DNA of 64,000 nucleotides from Raillietiella orientalis (lineage: Eukaryota). The stretch covers positions 186,001 to 250,000 of the forward strand of contig JAYWIR010000071.1 in assembly GCA_036172245.1 (NCBI GenBank), written 5' to 3'. Of this stretch, positions 56,492 through 64,000 are shown piece by piece (the first letter of the stretch is position 1; every line of letters starts with the position of its first letter). The notes beneath the pieces are model-generated. The model was not told where the DNA came from. It did not search any database and was given only the letters and a program-made list of their open reading frames with translations. The position numbers and the translations under genes were made by a program.

Positions 56492-56724
56492 AAGAATTGA
56501 GGTGCTTTTCCCTCGTGTTGGAAGACATGCTTTCCTGCATTATCATGCTAATTGATCCAATAGGGAAGACGAAGGGAAAGTTTAGGGCAAAGGGAGGGAG
56601 GGAACTTACATACTGTAGCTCAAATTGACAGAGTTGTGAAAATAAGTGGAAAAGAAGACTGGGTACATGATATGGAATAATTCGTCGATACAATCTTATT
56701 AAGATAGTTATAGGGGAAGAAAAA

Positions 56725-56730
56725 AATAAA
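56725..56730 (+). promoter_or_regulatory. polyadenylation signal of CNBP (possibly shared with REXO4)
   Basis: AATAAA followed by the GT-rich stretch gttgtttgttcgtcttt. Confidence 0.65.
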
Positions 56731-59700
56731 GTTGTTTGTTCGTCTTTAATTGATTTTAGGAGAACATCGCCGGCTCGGTTAGTTGGCAGGTCGTTCGAGG
56801 CAGATGGTGCACATGAAGACAGCAGTGCACGAATGTCGTCTAACTTGTCCGTTGCAGCATCTCTATAATTTCACGCAGCTTGGCATCTTCCTCCCTACAC
56901 AAAGACTTTCCCTAGGATTTAGTAAGAAACCGGATTTTAGCATTCATTCAGCCGATTGCCGGAAACTCGCCTGGTTATATGAAGGTAGCTGCACTGCTAT
57001 CCCAGATGTGGACAAACGCAGCAGGGTGTTCTTTTCACGGTTCACGTCGCATTTTTCCGGTTTGTTCGTTCCATACCACACCTATGCAAGAGTTGCAGGT
57101 GGTGTGCTGGTCATGCAAAGGGTCCGAGCGTGGCGACCCCGCTCCGTGTGCCCATATGTTGGCAGGAGATTTCGCCTCCGTGTGACGTTGGTTCTCCGTC
57201 GCATTCAGTCGAGCGTGGACCTCGTGCGCAGTTAAATGTGTTTTCTCATTTCAAGAAAAAATCTTGCACGGAGACTGTAGTCGAAGCTTCGTTCGATTTC
57301 AGTATTTCGTATGACTGGCTTGAACCTGGAAAAGCTTCATCGTTTATCTTTATCATGCACAATAAACAGAGGGAAGGTGATCTTCATTAGGAAGCCGTTC
57401 GCGGAAAGAAATAGGTGCAACTCACGCAATGAAATGGGTGTTGGGTCGTGTTCAGCGTCCAGTGTTTTCTAGGACTGGAAGGAAAGTGTGGAACTAAGTA
57501 GAAGGAGAATGCACGATTTCGGGGGCGTGAAGAAACACCGACGGTCTTCGAACAGTTGGCAGTCTTGTGTTTTGACCGATCCCATTTTCGTTTTAAAGGA
57601 GGATGTTTTTTTTTTTTTTGTCTGCCCTGCCCGTGGCTTGCGGCCGCCGGAATACTTCGGATGGTATCAAGCTTCAGCTGCATCGTGGATCCGCCATTTC
57701 AGTTGGTCGTGGACCCGATCAAAGACCTTACATTGGCAATGCCATTTCCTGCAGGCCGCCCGGGATTCGGAGCCGTTCTTCGAACAGGGAGCAGTCTGGT
57801 GACGCCCATTCCCAGCATTAACGCGGGATTCTCCATTCTGGCTGCACACATCCTCCGAGGCAGCCTGCAGTCTTTCGTTACTTTCTCCAACGTGGGCGCT
57901 TGGCAAAGCACGGCACTTTCTGTATGATTATTGCCATGCGTCGGTGATTTGCATTCGCAGCACAATCTGCAAAGTTTTCTCGCCTCCCAGTCTATCTGCG
58001 GCAGCGGATGGCTGTATTTATCGGTCAGTACTCTTAGGGTACTGACGCAGAACAGATTTGAAAATCGAAACAGCAGAATGCTTCTCACTACATGGTAGGA
58101 ATCCTAACATTTCCCGTCAAACAGCATTAGTGGAAGTGGCTTAAAACTAGCGTGTCACACAGTTTAGAGTTATCTCTGTGCTCGCCGTGGAAATCTTGAG
58201 GTTCCTTGGACTTCAGAAGACTTAAGAAGATCGGTAATCACCATGTATCTCTCTGTCTCTGCGTGCGATGAGAATGCAAAACTCTGGTTTATTTGTTCTT
58301 GTATCGTCACAGAGTCGACGTGAACAAGTGCAAACAGCTTGCCGTTTGGCGGAGCTTCATCTAAGCATGAGCACGAATTGCTTCATCGTGTTTTCTGTCT
58401 TCATCGTAAATTCGATATGGGACATTTCCTTCCCTCGGTGTTTTCCTTTGATGGTTTGCTTGGAATGCACCTCCCCTTGGGTGCTGCCTTGCGATAGCCA
58501 CCAGTGTCTTGCCCTCCTGTCACGGTCAACCAGGACTGTCGCCTGTACTTCTCATACATCGTCATAGTCGAAGGTTTCAGTGATGATGATGAATACTACA
58601 GCATACCATTTCCTGGATGAGGTTTCCTTAGCCCGCCTACCATGCGCATCGGATTTGCGTTTTCCATTAGTACTCACAGTCTCTTGCGAAAACTTCATTC
58701 CTGCATCCAGTGAAAAGAGAACAAAAGGCATAGAAGGTTTCCGAGCAGGCAGACGATTACAGGAGGGGAGAGGAAGAAGCAACTTCCGTGCATCGCGGCG
58801 GTGTGGCTGACAAATCGAAGCCGCTTCGAAGTTAATCTGAACTCACCGTCGGAATTCACAAAGGTCATCACAGGAATCATGAAGCTGCCTATGTGCAAGC
58901 AGCGAAAGACAATTTTGAATTTGTTTTCTTCCGTTGTCCTCTTTCCTGTCAAGATGTGCTATACGCCGTTTTTCTTCGCTGCTTCTCGTTAGGATTGCCT
59001 TTCTGCTTACTTGTGCTCTCGTTTCTTTCAACGTGGACATCCCTCGACTTCCTCCGTCTCTGCCAGCTCGCGCTTTCGCATTCTGTCAAGAACTCAGCGA
59101 AACAAAGCTGCAACGCTCCCTGGTGCTTTGATAGAGGCTACGCGAAGGCTGCATCTTTATCGATTCGAGTAGCATTCCTCGTGTTTCAAAGAGGTGAGAT
59201 GAGTATTCCTCGATGCTGAACATGCGCGCATCACCTTTGCAACGTGCGCGACATCGCTGTTGACTTTAGGACCGGATCCAGTCTCGTCCACAACCAGTCA
59301 GTGTTCCATATTTGGGGAGGTTTTTGGGGGAATCGTGAGGTCTTGGGGATTCTTGATAAGCACTTTCTCATCTAGAATTGGTGGATGCTGCTGCTTTCGG
59401 CATCCGTGCTCTACATTGCTCCCAAGTCCTCACCATGTCATGTGCACATCCTTGCTCTACAGTTCCCGTCAAAGGAGCCGCTCTGACGGAAATGATCTCC
59501 TTACTCTTCTTGATGATATGGTCCCTCGTAACCTTTCGTAACCGAGTCTCTTGACAAAAAGAATGAAAAGCAGTTTTCAATGTTCAGATTTCGTTTCCGT
59601 GGGTTCCCTCCGCACCGTTTGGGCAAGCGAGACCATCTGGCAATTGGCACATTTGGGAATGTGCAAATTGCAGCAAGCTTCTCCCAGGAGCGACGCGCAC

Positions 59701-61842
59701 CCGGTTTCCAATAAGGAAGCCTGCAGCGTTTGGCGTTTCCGCAACGATGGCCTTGGTCCTCGCATGCATGTTTCGCCGACGCATCTCTTCGCTTTGCCTT
59801 CCCGTTTTGCTTCGGTAGCGCAGAATTCATTTCCCTTGGAAACAAAGGTTACGTGGAAAATTCGGATCCTTGCAGCTCATGGTTTTTTACAAGTGATTTC
59901 GACGGTTACCAGTGCTTTTCTGAGAGCTTTTCCTCTACGATAAGGCCCAAGCAAAGCAGATTTCAACATTGAAACCGAGCACGATAAAGTTTATTGCATT
60001 ACTGAATTGGCTGAGGTCCCGAAGAACTCTGGCCCATTCCATGCGAAAAGGAAGCTAGAAAAAGTCACTGATAAGTAAGCATTCTTGGGAAAATATAGCT
60101 CTTGATGCCAAGGAATTCACCCGATTACATGGCACTGATTGCAGTTTCGTCATGACATGAGTGGCACTGGACGTCTGCGTCAGATGACCAAAAGGGGAAC
60201 GAAGGCAAATAAAATGTTTCAGCGATTCCACGTTTGCGTCTGCTTTATATCTGAAAGCAAGGGAGGTGGTGGACCACACTCGTTCTTTCCGTAATCGAAC
60301 ATGTTGGAAGAGGTTTTCGTGGAACTACCTCTTAATAGAAAACGCATCTGGTTCCAGTCCAAAAACCTACTGAAAAATCTCAGGGGACAGAGACCCGAGG
60401 GCGTCTTAGGATTTCGGAACGTTCGGTTTCCACCCCGAGGCAAACTTTGCTTGTTCGGATTCGAAAGATCGTCCGACCTAGTACAAGACGACCAGCGTCG
60501 TCGGTTGTCGACTATTCACGAGGCAGCTACAAAAAGAGATCACTTCCTTGCATTTTTTTCTTTCCTTCCCGTTCCTTTCTTTTGAGATCACAGTATATTC
60601 TGAGCGTCCCTTGTGTAGCTGAGCAACGGGGCAAGGCAGCCTCCACAGGAAATCAAGAGAGTTTCAGTCCCAGGAGCATTTTTGGGAACAACCTCGGGTC
60701 CATTTCTGGAAGCTTTTCATTTTTCAGTCTTTCTGGTTAGTAGCCTTCAGCTCCATAGGCCGATGATCTGATAATCGGGGAGGTATAGGAAAATAAGTTG
60801 CTTTCCACGCGACAAGTGAGTGGAATCAGGTTTTCCAAGGCAACCTGATGCTGATTCCACAGGAAGGTAGCGAAGGGCTGCGTGCAAGCAAACAGGATGG
60901 GTGGCCGTCAGAAAGGGTTCCCGTTCCTGAAGGGGAGGGACATGTCGATGACTTCACTTCCCGAATCCCTGGAACCGGGAACCCATCAACCGGTCAACCA
61001 TGCAAGTGGTACCTCCCGTGCGCTTGCTTGAGGCGATGCCGGCCAACCGGGTAAACCATCGGGACTGCGGCGAGCCACCTGCGCTTTCACGGGTCGGATG
61101 GCAAGCATCGGGCACTCGCCTCTCTCTCAGTCCACTGAGGACGCAGGAGAGCAGAGGGGGTGGCTGCGGAGAAGACTCGATGCGGGATGAGCTGCCGGGT
61201 GGTGGCGGTCGCCCAAGGCAACCAGCCGCGCGAGGCGGCATGTCGATACTGCCTCGCCGGCGGGCGGATTCACCGCACCGTGTGATGCCTGCCGCTTGCG
61301 AAAGCGTAGTCCTGGAAGACGCCCGCAGGCGACGGCACTCTCGTGCCTGTCGCCAGTCTCCCGGCCCGCCGCTTGAGAGCGAGTGTCCCCGCTTGAACGG
61401 GACTTGAACAGCAGCTACTCTCCACTGCGCGCTCCTCCTCTGGGAAGGCCTCTCGCGAGGGTAGCTTAGCACGCACGTGGGATAGCAAGCGGCCTGGGAC
61501 GTCAAAAGCGCGCAAGCAACATGAGCGCAGGAGTAACATGGGGGGTCACGGGTCCAGTTCTGTAGCTTCCCTTTGCACCGACAGTCTCGCCGCTCCCTTC
61601 CAGGGCTCGAGGCGAAGGCCACAGAGGTCGAGGAGTCAGATCTCGCCGGTGCGGCCATGAGGGGGTGGGGCTGCAGAAAGTGCAAGGAGGGAAAAGGATG
61701 CTCCGCGCACCCTTCGTCCGTGGAGCCGGCAGTCCTTTTCAGCCAGCGCCTTTACCGACCCGGCTCCTCCTTCGGACGCGTGCCCGAGAGCTCTTGAAGG
61801 CGCACCTACGAGGCGGACGGCGGGACAGTGCCGGACGTTTCC

Positions 61843-61848
61843 TTTATT
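61843..61848 (-). promoter_or_regulatory. polyadenylation signal of the CBARP-like gene
   Basis: tttatt on + (AATAAA on -), about 115 nt after the stop, in a very GC-rich context. Confidence 0.55.
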
Positions 61849-61962
61849 TGGGGATGAGGATGACCCGCGCTCAAGGCATGAGGGGGGGGAGGGGGGTGAC
61901 GCGCGGTGGCATTGGTGGTTGCGGTCGCGAAGGAGGAAGGGAAGGGAAGGGCCGGGAACGCC

Positions 61963-63397
61963 TCAAAGGCGCGCAACGTCGATGACAACGTCCTGCCGTT
62001 CGGCGTGGCGGAGGCCTCCGACGCCCTCTGCGCACTCCCCTGGCTCCTCCTCGATGCTGAGCTGGCTGATCAGCTTGTGGTGCGGATGGTGGTGGTGGTG
62101 GTGGTGGTGATGGTGGTGATGCAGCGGCGGCAGCTCGTCCTCCCCGCCGACGCGGCCGATGCCGCCTCCGCTGACGTGACAGCACCGGCGCCCCGCCAGA
62201 CGCGACCGTAGCGCCTTGCTCATGTTGCCCGGCTCGAACTGCGGGTCCACGCGGCTGAACTCGCGGAAGAGCGCGTCCGACTTCTCGTCCACGCTGTAGT
62301 CGCGCGCCACCGCCGGGAGCACCCTGTGCGGCTTCTGGAAGAACCGCGACAGCAGGAAGTTCTTCAAGGCCTCCGCCTTCGTGGTCGCCGCCGGCGCCGC
62401 CCTCCCGGCCGGCTCTCGGTCTTCCTCCTCGGTACTTCCCCGCAGAAGGTGAAGATCGACGGGAACGGACCCGCCGTTTCCCCGGCAGACTCTCGCCGCA
62501 GAGCCGGAGGGCATCCCGGCGGTGCTCCAGGGTCGCGCGGGGCAGAGCTCGCTCACCCCCTCCCCCCTCGCCTCCACCTCCTCCTCCCCTGTGACGTCCT
62601 CGTCCACGCTGGCGGCGTTTTGACTCCTGCCTAGGCTCGAGGAGCCGCAGGCGCTCTCCATGCTCCTGTAGCCGCTGTCGTGCTTCATCTGATGCAGGCC
62701 GGCCCTGACAGGCGTGCCCTCCGGCTTGGGCACAGCGGCCTCAGAAGGCCCCGAAAGCCGACAGCTGCCCTCTTCGTCCTTGTCTTCCGTCGGGGACTTC
62801 TCCGGGACGCCCTCGCAGTGGTCCCTCCGCTCCCGACGGACGTCCTCCGAGGGCGGCATTCCTGCAGCCGCGATGGGGAGCGTCAGCGGTGCCAAAGATT
62901 CCCCTTCCCCCCCCTCCCTCCTCCCCCTGAGCCGACCTCCTCCTCCTCTTCGTCTGGCAGTCTCCGCCCTCGAGTCCTCGTCCATCCGGTCCAAGCCAGC
63001 GTCAGCTTCCAGCCACGCTCTCAGGTGCCACAGCTGGGAAGCGGACGGGGGATCGTCCGGATCCTCTGAGAGCCACAGCGCCTCCGTCTCCCCGGACAGC
63101 TCCCTGGAGAGACCTCCAGCCGCTGCCCGTCTACGGCCGCGGACGTCCTCGCAGATGGGCGCCGCTCCCAACGGGTCCTCGGCACTCCAGGCGGGTCCTT
63201 GCCGTCCGGGAGGTCCACGGCTGGATGGGTTCGCCTCCCCGAGATCGGAGAAGGAAGAGTGGCCCTGCCGGAGCTGCTCTGCAGCGCCCTCTCGGACCGT
63301 GAGGTGGGCGAGAGGGGGGGGGGATGCCGCGTGTCCCGGAGACACGCCGCCGCCGCCGTCTGCTGCTGCCCCCGCCTCCTTGCTCGCATCCGCGTAT
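61963..63397 (-). CDS. CBARP: terminal coding exon of a CBARP/BARP-like protein (voltage-gated calcium channel beta-subunit anchoring/regulatory protein); 5' exons not identified
   Basis: About 1.4-kb open frame after the acceptor ctgcctcccgtag|ATAC at 63397. Short motifs QLWHLRAWLE, MKHDSGYRSME, RDYSVDEKSDALFREFSRVDPQFE and LSIEEEPG occur in the same order as the remembered vertebrate CBARP motifs (WSLRASLE, DSGYASIE, RDYSIDEKTDALFHEFLRHDPHF, PVIEEEPG). Confidence 0.75.
62086..62121 (-). repeat. coding (CAY)12 repeat encoding a poly-histidine tract
   Basis: LHHHHHHHHHHHHPHHKL within the CBARP-like ORF. Confidence 0.9.
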
Positions 63398-64000
63398 CTA
63401 CGGGAGGCAGTTCAGAGGGCAGTTCGGAGTACCCCCTGGAGGCGAGAGGGGCGCAGAGGAGGATTCCTTCCACCCTCCCGGATACCAGAGGGAACCATCG
63501 GTCGGGGAAGGGCATATGGCGCACGCGGGCACGGCTGCCACATCCTGCCGTCCAGTCTCCCCAAGGCGCCACTAGAAGCGCGAGTGTCCCAACAAAATGG
63601 CGCTTTCCGAGGACGTCGAAACGCGGGGATTTTTCCTCCAGCGCTTCCCTGGCGCGTCTGTCGCACGGCGGCAAACCGGAACCGCAGCCGTCGTCTCACG
63701 TGCCCTTCCAACCGCCACAATGGCCCGGCACCGCGTTGGTCGACATTGTAACGGAGAAGACGCGCACACAGAGGTGCCTCGGACGGGTGACAGGGAGGGG
63801 GGGAGGTTCGTGGTCTGAGCTAGAGGCAGAGCACGCCACCACGTCCGAGTTCAGCCTCCCCCTCCCCCTCGTGTCCCTCGTGCCGCTACAATGCGTGGTC
63901 GAGAAGCGTGCGCGCTCCTGGGAGAACGCGCGCGCGCACGCCTCGCTCCTGACGTTTCTCGGACTTGCGGGGGCGTCACGCGAGTGGGAGAACAACGATC

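Noticed and set aside
56760..61800. Numerous ORFs between CNBP and the CBARP-like gene
   Set aside because: No motifs or coherent splice structure; more likely intergenic DNA or extended 3' UTR.

Overview
Eukaryotic (animal) genomic DNA with spliceosomal GT-AG introns, many only ~39-55 nt. It is most likely an arthropod; the CNBP architecture resembles chelicerate proteins as I recall them. Eight intron-containing genes can be reconstructed by hand: THOC1 (+), TMEM259/membralin (+), a kinesin-13 of the KIF2/Klp10A type (-), an SLC20/PiT phosphate transporter (+), MO25/CAB39 (-), REXO4 (+), a nine-knuckle CNBP (+), and the last exon of a CBARP/BARP-like gene (-). I found no rRNA, tRNA, CRISPR array or intact mobile element, and most six-frame ORFs are antisense or intronic noise. 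Three observations stand out. (1) Two same-strand pairs (THOC1-TMEM259, REXO4-CNBP) are only 167 and 77 nt apart, each with an apparently unpaired splice acceptor just before the downstream ATG, which is operon/trans-splicing-like or nested geometry. (2) Sharp AT-rich/GC-rich domains cut through single genes, and CpG is depleted in the AT-rich gene bodies. (3) There is an invertebrate BARP-like protein with a poly-His tract. Gene identities rest on remembered family motifs, not database searches.
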